A program made the translations under genes and the position numbers. Positions 52,301 through 64,000 of a stretch of DNA of 64,000 bases are shown here, in pieces. Source of the stretch: Callorhinchus milii (taxonomy: Eukaryota); assembly GCF_018977255.1 (NCBI RefSeq), contig NW_024704743.1:64916001-64980000 (forward strand), in the 5' to 3' direction. Numbering within the stretch: position 1 is the stretch's first letter; the number at the start of each line of letters is the position of its first letter. The notes beneath the pieces are model-generated. The model had not been told where the DNA came from and did no database searches. It saw only the letters and a program-made list of their open reading frames with translations.

Positions 52301-54336
52301 CTCCATGCCTATGAATGACATCACAAGGCCTGTTTGCATGTAAATACGGAGGAGTGGTCCACTACAAGTATGAAAAAAATCTGTGGTGATTTCTATGAGT
52401 TTGATGTAAAGTGTTAAATGAAAGGTGTAGTAAAGCAGAACTTCTGAAATACTGCATTTTCTTTCTGGTGCTTTACTTCCAAGGGTCCAATAGTTCTATG
52501 GTGGTAAAAGGCATGTCTGAAAATATGACTTTCTTTGTTGGACCAGATGGTCTGTCATTTAGTTAGTTCAGTTTAACCTTACAATAGCCAAAAAACAATG
52601 TTGGTGTTTCTTATAGAAGCTGACTGCTACAACAGTTTCAATATGTGCACAGTGTTATTTACATTAAACCAAACCAGATACTTAGCTATAGCCAGAAAAT
52701 TTATAATGTTTTTAGGCCTGATCCTATCTAGGCATCAAACTGTTTAGACTCCTTCTCAGATGTTGCAAGTTTTTTTTGGATATAAAGCTTGCCATATTCC
52801 ATCTGCACATGGAGAACTGGTTAGTGATAATGTAAACAGGAAAATTTCAACACATGGGGCACCCGATAAGCCACATCTGGCCTGGATGTCAGTTACCCAC
52901 TGGAATAAATGTTCTCAAAAAATGCCATTTACAATCCAAACATGGAAGTAAAATCACAGTTAATCATGAGTTAATAGCTATGTCCAATGTATAGAACCCT
53001 TGGTAGAATGACGAGTAGAAAGTAGAATGACTAGCATACATGAAAGTGGACTCTCAGCTGACAAGGAATCTTCACATTATACTTTTTAAATCCAAAATTC
53101 TGAGTTTCTTGCCAATCTTTTCCACTGAGCTTTTATTTCCAGATTGAGGAGAGGGTGGAGGGAGAGAAGAGGGAGGATTCACAGTGAGTGTGAGTGAGAG
53201 TCAATGAGCCAGATCTGAAAGTTAAAAGTCAGATATTGAAAAAAACAGTCAAGAGAAAGGTGCAGAGGGAGTGGGGTGCGCAGGAGTTCTAGCGCAATGT
53301 GGCATAACTTCTTGCTAGTATAATTTCTTGTTAGAATTGCATCCCATTTTGCATGATAATCCATTATCATGGTTTCAATTTCCCCAATGGGACTGGCCTT
53401 AATTAGTGGGGATAATAAACTCTCCACTGGGGGTAAATGTACAGATATCACCAAGCTAGTGGGAATTATGCAATTAGAGGACAGTCAAGATTTTATCAAA
53501 AAACTTGACAGGATACGCACTTGGGCTAATCATTGTCGAACGACATTCAATATAGATAAATACAAATTACTGCATATCGGAAGTAAAAGTAGAATGCATA
53601 TGTCCTCCATGAACGGGGTAGAACTTGCAATAAATGAGGCAAATAGAATGCTAAATCGGTTGAGTTCAGATCCCATGTCACGTACATCAAGTGGAGTAAA
53701 AACATACAGTTCTGGTCCCTGAGACACAAAAATGATGCCCAAGGACTTGATGCAGGTTAGCAAAGAGCAACAAGACTAATTCCAGTACTAGAGCTATGAG
53801 TGAAAGGGACGTTTCAGAAGATGGTATAAAGGTATTCAAGGTGTTAAACAAGGTAAATAAAGTATACCTACTTCAGATACACAGAAAGCAATCAACATCT
53901 GTGACAGGTCACCTGTTACATTCCTGTCAGTCTGAAATGTTTGAATATGTGCTGTGTGAAACGAGTAGTCCTAAAGGAGATATTTCTGTTCTAATTCAGG
54001 ATTCTAGTCCTGAATTCCTTGGAGCAAGGCTGGTAAATGCTACTTGTATGTTTTTTATGCAATATTGATATTGGATCATACAAATATCAACTTGGAAGTT
54101 TTATGATTATTTAGAGATATTTCACAGGCCTATAAATCTCTCACACAACGGCTGCACTTCCAAGGCAGGAATAAATGATGAATTATGTATGAACACATTT
54201 TTTTTTAACGAAAAATCAAGACATGGCGAGTTCTATCCAATGAACGCGACAATCAAATCTTTTGTACACAAGTGTAAGTAAACGAGATACAATACAATTG
54301 GTTTTAAAAAAAGCGGGCCCCCTATCAAAGCCTTAC

Positions 54337-54553
54337 CTGACTGCCAGAATGTGCATTGGTTGAGAACGTCGCACCTTCTGCCTTGGTGATGTGGACTGCG
54401 GTGAGTTAGTTCCTGAATTTGCCAAGTGACTACGGCCAAGTTGGCCATTTTGAATAAGTGGCGCCGTTTCTGATTGGGTAGTGCATATGGAATACAAACT
54501 GTCGAATGATGAGTTCATGTCATTCACCAGTGCCTCCAGGTCTACATCATCCT
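54337..54553 (-). CDS. GRB10: GRB10 N-terminal exon, 217 nt: [22 protein letters not shown]...[18 protein letters not shown]; internal Met at 54518 would give a 537-aa protein
   Basis: cttccag|ag...ag|gtaagg; [14 protein letters not shown] and RSQP match GRB10. Confidence 0.95.
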
Positions 54554-57500
54554 CTGGAAGAAAAACGAGATAACATTTTAAGCTATTTGGATGACATTAT
54601 CCAATAAGAATTAGATTTCCCATATTTAACCGAACTTTTAGAACTTTTGAATCCAAGGTATTAAAGAGAAAATCTGTTAAAATCAAAAGATAGCAAAGCA
54701 CATTTTGATTTTAATTGATTTTCTCTCCCTTGGATTCAAAAGTTCTAAAATCGATTGCAAATACAGTAAAACTGAGATACATCTTATCTTTATATAAATC
54801 GTATAATCCCCTAGGTCGTATATGTACCCGAGTTCCATCAGGTCCTATCGAAACCACTTAGATTTCTTTGCATTACTAATATTAATCACTTCCTAACTTG
54901 TAAAACGGCTCCCCTACCCTCCACTACTTCCGGATGCACTGAATTGGGGGAAATGACAACCTGATCTTTCGACACATGCGCACTTACCAGCTGCAGTGAC
55001 AAGCTACCACATGTGCGCTTAACGGCTGACTGAATTACACATGCGTGTTACAGACTGTAGTTAAGGTTTTAACCATTCTTTGAATGTGATTCAACATCCA
55101 CAAAAAGTAATAATCTGCTCAAATGGGTGAGTTTATATTTTAAAACTCAGTTCACCCATATCTTTCTTACTGATGAGCTGTTCTAAAACAGTTTCATATA
55201 TTCATGAACTCTTATTCTATTTAGATACTATTAATGCTCTGTGAATATCAACATTATGCTTCCTTTCAATTAGACAAAACATCCAATGCCACATAGTCCT
55301 GTTTGCTGAGACAAATAATGCATAATATAACTTTGATTCTCTGACCTAATTGAAATATTGAGCAAAAAGTATTGCAAGGAACATCTGAGTCTGAACAATA
55401 AAGGTACATGTTAGCTGTTGAATGAACGTTTGACTTCCCAAGCTTTGTTTATGAATCTATATTACCACCTACTCCATTTAGTTCTATATGTATTTTAGGG
55501 CAGAAGCTTTTCAAAACATGAATAAAATTTGCCAGTGAAGGAAGAAGCTCCAGTCTATCTCGTCATCTTAATAATCAAATTATCAAGTACCAGCTGTATC
55601 CATTGCAGCTTCGCTTGCAACTAAAGCATCCAATTTGGAATATAGATCGACACACAGATAGATGCACTTATCCTTCAAAGGTTTGATTTTCACTCAGGCA
55701 TCTTTATAATGATAAATATAAATGTATAATTTGTAATCACTGGGACGTCCTCCCAACGTGAAAGGCGCTTTAAAAGTGTAATTTTGTTGTTGTTGCCGCA
55801 GCTTAGCTTCTGCATGTTCTTTATTTTGTTCCCGCCACCGCTTGGCTACGTGCGTGCTCTGTGACGAAGAATGCCACAGCACCAGTCAGTAACTACACGA
55901 TGCTACTTTGACTTGGTGACCACCAGTTGTAACTGCAGCAAAAAANCACAAAACTGAAATACATTTTAAGTCATAACTCATGAACGATATGAGATACCCA
56001 AAAACAAATATGCCAATGTCACTCCCAAATGCAAGACCTTTCCAATGAGGTATAAATCATGGCTCTACGTCAATTGGTTATTAAGATCCTTCTTGAAGCG
56101 CACATAGACAAGACAGTAGTTTTATCAATATTTAAATAAGTTGTGGAGGGCTCTGTGATAAACCTGGCCCTTGCTATCTAATGGACAGCAGACGCTATAC
56201 AATATCTAGAAAAGTAGAATAATCCTGAGAGTGAAAAAGTCAAAGAACCATATTTTTGCTCAGCCAATAAAGTCACAATGGTTTTTTTTCTACACACATT
56301 TTGTGAATTACTGGGTGCAAGGGGAAACAGAAGGAAGGCATGCAGTAGGATCAATAATGAAATGCATCTGCTTAACTGCTCTGGATCCTTCAACAGAATC
56401 TTGGAAATTCTTTTTTGAATTTTACAATGAGATTTATTCATGGGAATGACATCTGTCAAATATCTGAGTCATTCCTAAAAATGAGAATGACAAGAATTCC
56501 TGCTGTACCATTTGGTTGGGCGTTGAGAAGAATGGATAAGGGACTCCATTGACATAGAATGTGAAAGTTTTCTTTGCATTGAGATACAGTAGAAGAATTA
56601 ATTCCGCTCTTCTTTTTACTTTACTGAAGTGATGAAGTTGCCCAGGGCTTAGTTAATTTGTTCCAGATCGGTTTCTTGGAAAATATCACAAACAACAAAC
56701 CTGCCTGAAACCTCAAAAATCTTTTTATGTGCCAGTTGGCTCAGACTCCATTAATCTATACTTCCTAAAGATGGGCACCCTAAGCTAAAAATAATGCTCA
56801 AGACAGGAAATGAAGCATGAAACGAATGAAGACAGACACGGTTGCAACATCCCAATCAACTGTTTTTGCATATAATATTGGGCCCAAACACAGGCTGCTT
56901 GAAAGAGATGAAAATATTTAAGTTTCATGATCTTTAAATATTCAGACCAAAAATTGGCTAAAGAAATAATCATCATCTTTGCGTTTGATGACATCCTGAT
57001 GAATTACACGTTTCTTCACAGGATTTTCTGTAAAATGTAGTGCCTACATATTTTGTAAGTGAATGGGCAACCGATTCACACATACCAATTCCCACAAGCA
57101 GCCACGACCAATGTAATCACTTAGGTTGGCAAGAACAGTGGGGAAATTCGCTTCTGTGATTTTTTTTGATCAGCTGGATATCTGACACATGCAGAAACCC
57201 ATCACCATGCTTACAGAGTATCCAAACAAGAGAGTTCTGTGTATACCACCTACCCAAAGTAATTCCCGTGTCTGGAATAAAATTCCCAGAGGAACACATC
57301 CTGCTTACCTGGAGCCCTTCTCAGAGCACTGAACTATATTGGTAGTGTGATGTGCTAGTTCCTATCTTGAGCAGTTTTTAGGGTAGGGTGCCCATCTTCA
57401 GGGAGAAGACTAACAGACTGAAAGGCATGTACAAAACTAGAGAAGATGTTAGCAGTCTAAGCAATTGGTCCCAAGTAAAAAGAACACAACAATCCAATTT

Positions 57501-58946
57501 ACCAAGTATCTGAGGACTATTACATTTTTACCCACAAAAAAGGTATTTTTAGTTCTGTTTTCAGTCAAAAAAAGAGAAAAATTGTGGAGAATGAAAAAAG
57601 ACCAAAAAAACTGAATTCAAGTAGAAATCTGAATTTATTTTGGATTATCAAATAAGCCCTTAAAAAAAAGTATTTGTTCAGATAGATGTACCTTTCCTAC
57701 GAGTCAACCACGTAACCAGGTGTACTGCTGGTAACCAGGCCAGCCAGCTTGGCTTATCGGCAGGACTTGAGGAAGCAGACTTGCCAACTTGTGCTTAATA
57801 CTCTCTGGAATTAGGTAAGAAGATTGTGTCCCTCCTGGGAACGAGTGTGCATTCCAATCCAATAAATATCTTGGGAATTTGCATGTATAGGTGGGATGCA
57901 TGAAACTCTGCTGGGTTTGGCTACTTTAAGTATGGTGATGGGTTTCCACATGTGTCAAGACTCCTGGCTAACCAATAAAAGGGAAAGTGAACACAATGCT
58001 GAAACAAGCTTATCAACCTGTGCAATGTACGCACATTTTGCAAAAACTGTTCATGCATGTGCACCCTGCACAGCACATGGATCCCTGGAACCAATAGTGC
58101 AGCAAGCCAGGTTTTAGGCTGCATTGCACCGTAATGGACATCGAACAAAACTGGTAAATTAATTTTTTAGAAATGAAATCTTTTACTGATAGACTTTCAC
58201 TCAATATACAGGCATTATTAGTGAGAAATAGTTTTAAAAATTACATTCGTACAAGTAGTAATCTACAGTCGCATTTGCATAACATTAAGTCACCTATTAT
58301 AATCTGCATAATGTTATACAAGCAAACGGTCGTGCTTGCTATGTTTTGTACACATTTGAGTTTGTATAGTGTTAGTCGTATAATGTTATAATTCATCCAA
58401 TATTATACAAATTTGCAGTCCAGATTAACAAAAGATTAAATAATGTTATACCCAGGCGTGTAGTGCTGCCGGAGTGGAGACAAGTACATGGTCCCATGAG
58501 AGCACAGGATGGGTTGATCTTCCAATAAAAAGAATGTTCCAAAGAAAATGGCAGATGGTCCAATGAAAAGAAGCTGTTCAGTACAGTATTTCACCGCCAA
58601 TAGTGGCTGTTATTTTTGCGATTCAATTTTGAAGATAAGTCAAAATAAGATTTTTAAAATAAAAAAATCTTATTAAAGGGAATTAAAGTAAAATATTGGA
58701 TTTTTAAAATGTTTTTTGTTAGCTTTGACATTGTAAATGCCTTCAGAATAGTCTGGAAGTGTTTATAGGGAACGTTCCTCTATTGTTATAGTATGGAAAA
58801 TGTTATAATTTTGTCTGGTTTGACAGAGAATAACATTAACCAGATGAGTGTACTTCCCTCTTGAATCTGCTGATATAATCTGTCTTCACCATATCCTTTA
58901 CATACAGTAAAGCAGTTAAATCTAAACTGTCGGCTCTCTTTCCCTT

Positions 58947-59216
58947 GAGACCTGAGTTCAATTCCAGGCAGAGGGCGAAACCTTGGGCAAGTTTCCTTAC
59001 TCCACACGCCTAATAATAATCCCTCCAAAACCAAAAACAATAATAAATTGGTCATTTTCAATCTACGACTGCTTGTGGGACACTGCTGTGCACAATTGGC
59101 TGCCACGTTTGCCCACAAATACAGTCAATTCACTTTACAGTATATTCTGTGAAGCGCTTTGGAACGTCTAGAAGACGTGAAAAGCGCTATATCAAATGCA
59201 AGGATTATTATTATTA
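58947..59216 (+). mobile_element. 5'-truncated subfamily-A SINE; an L2 3' end (-) follows at 59380-59620
   Basis: Starts at gagacctgagttcaattcc; (att)n tail. Confidence 0.88.
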
Positions 59217-60219
59217 CAAGCTGTAAGAAAAGATTAAGTGGAAAGAGGGGGTCAATACATTTTGTATACAAAAGCACGAGGCTCTGACTGCATTTACTAT
59301 GAATAAAAATCAGATTTTGATAAACCATATTTGTACATGGAAGTAAGCAAGGCTTTTCAGTAGCAACAATATAAAGAACCACAACAACAAAATTACATTT
59401 ATAGAGCGCCTTTCACATCGGAAGGACGTCCCAAAGCACTGAACAGTCAGATTTCAGGGCCCGAGCATGGAGGAGGGGTGGTGTAGGGGTGAGGGAAGGC
59501 AGAGAAGTGGGAGGGAGACCAAAGGCACGATCGAAGAGAAGGGTCTGGAGACCGGCCTTGAAGGAGGCAAGGGAGGAAGCGAGGTGAAGGGAACATGGGA
59601 TAGATTCTTAGTACAACGTTAACAAGAAAGTATTGCCATTTTGATCTCTTTCTAATGAAAGCCAGAATGAATATTAATAAACATGATTTCTTCTGTACAT
59701 TTTTACTAACTTCACAATATTTCTCTTGGAACAAGAAGTGCTGAACATATCGCTGAGCTCTGGTTTGGTAAGTGAGCCTTTCAGATTGAGAGAACTAAAT
59801 TAACACCCAATGAATGCTGAGCTATCCCCAAGTTCAGTAGTGTATTTCTAAGATTGACTCAGTTACCTCAGAAGCAGACAATCTGCTTTCATTTTGAACA
59901 TGTACTTAAATATTATTTGTGCATCAGGTCAATGCAGAGATGATAAAATAATGCAGAGATGTTTCACAAGATATTTGCTGTTAAATTATTCTCATCTCCA
60001 GCATCCTGATCAATAAAAAGCCACAAAAGTCCTAAAGCCATAATGTGATTTATTCCTACTTCAATTTGTTAAAAATGAATTACATCAATTTCATGATTAA
60101 TGCAAAAAAAACAAATTTAGTTCATTTAAATCCTTCATTAACCTTGATGGTAGATTGGGTATGTAGCATTAAATGATGAAAACCAAGAGGTTCGGGTGTT
60201 GCAGATTAACATACTGTCC

Positions 60220-60653
60220 TTTTAAACATTGAACAGTTGCAGTTTGGTTAAAGGCACTCCTTGGAGCAAAGTTTCTCCCACTGAACCTCTCCTGAAATCC
60301 AAGTTCAAAAGAGGAGTTATTGTATCAATTGTGGGCTTTATTCCAGTCCAGACTGATGCAATGAAGTGTTTTATCCACAAGCTACAGAAGTCCAATGTGG
60401 ACAGTGCCCATCCTGTTCCTACTAGCAAGTGTCCACAGCACACAACTGTCTATAATTCACCACTAACTGCTACAAATTGGCAATCTAAATCAAGGCATCC
60501 TTAAGGACAACAGGTATGCAAAGTTATACATTTACACTGATACGATAACTGCTCTTTTGAACTTGGATTTATTTCAGGAGAGGTTCAGTGGGAGAAACTT
60601 TGCTCCAAGGAGTGCCTTTGTATAACCAAACTGCAACTGTTCAATGCTTAAAA
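60220..60653. repeat. Long inverted repeat, ~110-bp arms with ~210-bp spacer (fold-back or MITE-like)
   Basis: aaaggcactccttggagcaaagtttctcccactgaacctctcctgaaat and its exact reverse complement. Confidence 0.9.
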
Positions 60654-61230
60654 ATGCCCAGAAGTGTAAAAATATCCTGGAGTGTTGAGATGGGGACTAG
60701 AGCATTAGAAAACAAATCTATTCTTGAGGGGACAAAAGAGCTTTGATAAGGGCTTTGGCAGCAGTGATGGGGAGTTAAGGTCATAAGCAAACAATGGTCC
60801 AGAAATGGAAAACTATCTTTGAATGAACCAGATGTGAGTTTTAAACAAGTGGTTAATCAGAACACCAACACTGAACACTACCAGTTCAGCCTGAACAAGC
60901 AACCAGGCAATTTGATAGAATTTGATAGAGCCCGGGCAAGAATCAAATATAGTGAGATTAAGTATTATTAACATTCAGCTTTAGAATGTTATAGCTGATC
61001 CTTCATCTTCTCTAATAAAGTGCACCTTTTAGATTGCAATTATATTTAACTTCTTTCTCATGTCTGCTGTGTGACCATGCTTGCCATCATGGTTCCAAGC
61101 TGCAGCCATGCAGCCGAGGGGTTTCCACTCAGTTCCTTCAAGCCATTTGTGAAGTACATGATTAAGCAGTGAGGTGGATTTGTGGTAAATAGGGAAAGCA
61201 ACCAGAGGGAAGCCAAGCTCTGGCGTACCT

Positions 61231-61572
61231 GTAGAGTCCTGTAGCTTAGTGTTGAAGTATTTGACTCGCAAGCAAGAGAACCTGGATTTGATTTCCGGGA
61301 AGGGCGAAACCTTAGGCAAGATTCCTTACCCCAAACAACTCTGTTTACCTAGCAGCAAGCAGGAATCCAGCTGTTAGTCGATTGGTGGATCGCTTTTCCG
61401 GGGTTAATAATCCCTTCAAATTATTTTTATTTGGTCACTCAATCCACGAATGTTTGTGGGACACTGCTGTGTACAATTGGCTGCCGCGTTTCGCTCACAA
61501 AATACAGTCAATCCACTTTACAGTATATTCTGTGAAACGATTTGAGACGTGATAAGGTGCTATACCAAATGC
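61231..61572 (+). mobile_element. tRNA-Ala/Deu SINE (subfamily B)
   Basis: Head, tgtttacctagcag, gatcgcttttccgggg, aattggctgccgcg. Confidence 0.85.
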
Positions 61573-62627
61573 CCAAGCACCCAAAACTCCCACCACACCA
61601 AACTCCCAACCCCACCACACCACAAGCCCACGCCCCCCACCCACGCCACACCCACCCACATCACAAACTGCCCTGTAAACATCCTCCTACCACGTTGAAG
61701 GCAGATGTCCGTCGAATAGCTGATGACGGAATTCTGTGGCTTGCGAAGACACCTGGAGGGTTATTCCGAGTTAGGTTTAGTGAACACACGCTCATATATC
61801 CAGCGCTTAGTATCCACCTCGATTGGTATGCAGAGAGGTAAGCAGTTCTGCATGTCTGTGCTGGGGTTGGAGGATGCTGGCACATTTAATGTGAGGCTAT
61901 TCATCAGGAACCTTGCAGCAAGACATCCTGCACTTGGGATCAAACCTACACTTGTCAAGCCAACTGGTGACCATCCTCCTTAGTGGGTGAAGGGAGATAA
62001 GATATGAGCAAGGTGACATGCTTGGCAACAGAAAGTCAGAATAGAATCAATCTTCTGTCTCAGAAGTTGTCCAAGGTATTGCTAATGAAAAAGCTAGCAG
62101 CCTGGCTCATTGGCATGACTTGAACGAGCAGATCAGCAGCTGGGAGCAAGGATTCTTCTCAATCAGCACCCATTAAACCTGCAACCCAAAGCCCTGAGAA
62201 GTAAGGTGGTCCGAGCTGAACAAGCAGCAAGACGTTTGCCAGATAGTGCTCACAGTGGCAAACTATGCGATTTCAGCAGGTTAAACTCCATCAATACCCC
62301 AAGGTACACTCTGTGGAGTCCCCAAGTCTTGGCTCTTGCCAACCTGTGCCAATACTCTCTGGAATTAATCATGCAGATGTATCCCTCCAGGGAGAGTGAG
62401 CATTTCAATCCAGACATAGAAATTTCCATAAGAAGGTGACATACTATGCGGAACAGAGTCTGGTATGGATATCGGACTAACAAAAAAGTTCTGCTTGCCC
62501 TTATATCAAGGGCTTTCTCCAGCCCAATAATCTAGTCCATCAGAAATGCTCTTTCAGATACTGTACAGACTCATATTTCCAACATATTCATTTCAAATTT
62601 GCAGTCCTCTGCTATTTTCCGTCTCTG

Positions 62628-63790
62628 AACAACAACAACAACAAATTACATTTGTATAACCTTTCACGTCAGGAGGACGTCCTATGGCGCTGGACAGTCA
62701 GGGATTTGGACCCGAGCAAGGGATTGAGATCGGGGGAGTGGAGGGCAGGTAGGGTAGGGGTAGACGTGCCTTGAAGGAGGCCATTGCCTCCTTAAAATAT
62801 TTTAAAATATTAAAAATTTTAAGGGATTGAGGTGAAGGGAATGTGACATGATGTGGAGCAGGCCAGAGTCTGCATAGCGGAGGGAGTGGACAGGTAAATA
62901 CGGAGTTAGCACGACACAGAGGAAGGAGCAAGGCCGTGGGTGGCCTTGAAGGTAAGGACGAGGATTTTGAACTCTATCCTTTGGGGGATGGGGAGCCAGT
63001 GGAGCCAGGTGAGGGTGGGGCTGATAGGGTCACAGAGCCTGGTATGGGAGAGGACATGAGCTGCAGAGTTCTGGATGATCTGCAGCCTGTGGAGGAAGAA
63101 TTGGGAAGGCCGACAAGCAGGGAGTTGGAGTAGTCAAGCCTAGATGTGATAAATGTGCAGTTGAGTGTCTTGGTGGCCTGAGGGGAGAGGCAGTGGTGGA
63201 GGCAGGTGATGTTGCGGAGGTGGGAGAACGTAGATTGGGTCATGGCACAGATATGGGATATAGGACAGTTGAGGGTCAAACAAGATGTCAAGGTTCCGGT
63301 CTGGCTCAGTGGAGTTTGCATCCATGGAGGTGATGTTGCCAGTGCCGGGGGTGTGGTGGCACTGACGGGAGCCAATCAGGAGGGCCCTCAGCCTTGTGAC
63401 GTTCAACTGTAGAAAGGTAGCTCTCGTCCATGACTAGGTTTAGTCCCTTTGACCTTTAGTCCCCATGACTTTGCTTCCTCCCTTTCCTCCTTCAAAGCCG
63501 GTCTCAAGACCTTTCTCTTTGACTGTGCCTTCAGCTCCCCTCTCGACTCTCTACCCTCTCCTCGCTCCCTCCCTTCCCTCTCCTCACCCTGACCATTTCC
63601 CCCCAATGCTCGGGTCCTGACCCAACTGTCCAGCGCCTTGGGACGTCCTCCCGACATGAAAGGCGCTCTATAAATGGAATCTTGTTGTTGTTGTTGGTGT
63701 CTGGCAGACAATCTGTCAGGACAGCAGTAGTCCTGGAGTCAAGGGTGGAGGCAGAGAGATAGAGTTGGGTGTCATTTGCATACATGTGGA
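62628..63790 (-). mobile_element. L2 fragment (-) interrupted by a young L2 3' end (+, ~63473-63695)
   Basis: ITSRLDYSNSLLVGLP and MYANDTQLYLS on -; insert is the reverse complement of the 26067 copy. Confidence 0.85.
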
Positions 63791-64000
63791 GCCCTATAGC
63801 TCAGTGGTTAGAGCACTTGCTTTGCAAGCGAGAGACCTGAGTTCAATTCCAGGCAGGGCGAAACCTTGGGAAGTTTCCTTACTCCACACACCTAATAATA
63901 ATCCCTCCAAAAACAAAAACAATAATAAATTGGTCATTTTCAATCTACGACTGTTTGTGGGACATTGCTGTGCGCAATTGGCTGCCGCGTTTGCCCACAA
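63786..64000 (+). mobile_element. Young subfamily-A SINE, running off the window end
   Basis: gtggagccctatagctcagtggttagagcacttgctttgcaag; B-box; Deu-like core. Confidence 0.9.

Noticed and set aside
55591..55620. Possible tiny GRB10 start exon (ATG GAT ACA GCT G|gtactt, phase-compatible)
   Set aside because: Weak donor and acceptor, only four codons, no recognisable homology; expected by chance.
31789..55946. Single N bases at 31789, 34846, 47593 and 55946
   Set aside because: All follow A homopolymers; sequencing or assembly ambiguity, not biology.
58644..58674. Short AT-only hairpin aataagattttt...aaaaatcttatt
   Set aside because: 12-bp low-complexity arms are plausible by chance in AT-rich intron.

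Overview
Eukaryotic, intron-rich vertebrate genomic DNA. The repeat content (tRNA-Ala/Deu-domain SINEs, L2 and CR1 LINEs, SacSINE-like elements, no recognisable HE1 SINE) suggests a cartilaginous fish, probably a holocephalan such as Callorhinchus; this is inference. Two spliced genes lie tail-to-tail. The last 7 coding exons of DDC (dopa/aromatic L-amino acid decarboxylase) are on + (665-11507). Fourteen coding exons of GRB10 (Pro-rich, RA, PH, BPS, SH2) are on - (54553 to 20957); I found no convincing further 5' exons. All exons were read by eye with GT-AG ends and continuous frame. The rest is introns full of retroelements, MITEs and palindromes. I see no prokaryotic-type system, CRISPR array or intact autonomous element, and nothing I can defend as a wholly new biological system. 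Best leads: (1) a candidate internal first exon giving a GRB10 isoform without the Pro-rich region; (2) convergent DDC/GRB10 orientation, tandem in human and mouse; (3) a covarying 3' stem-loop shared by two L2 families and the SINE; (4) an unclassified ~600-bp repeat family; (5) a Gln>Gly change in the DDC HWQIPLG motif; (6) a probable ~4.6-kb GRB10 3'UTR interrupted by retroelements; (7) several long intronic hairpins. Repeat boundaries are approximate.
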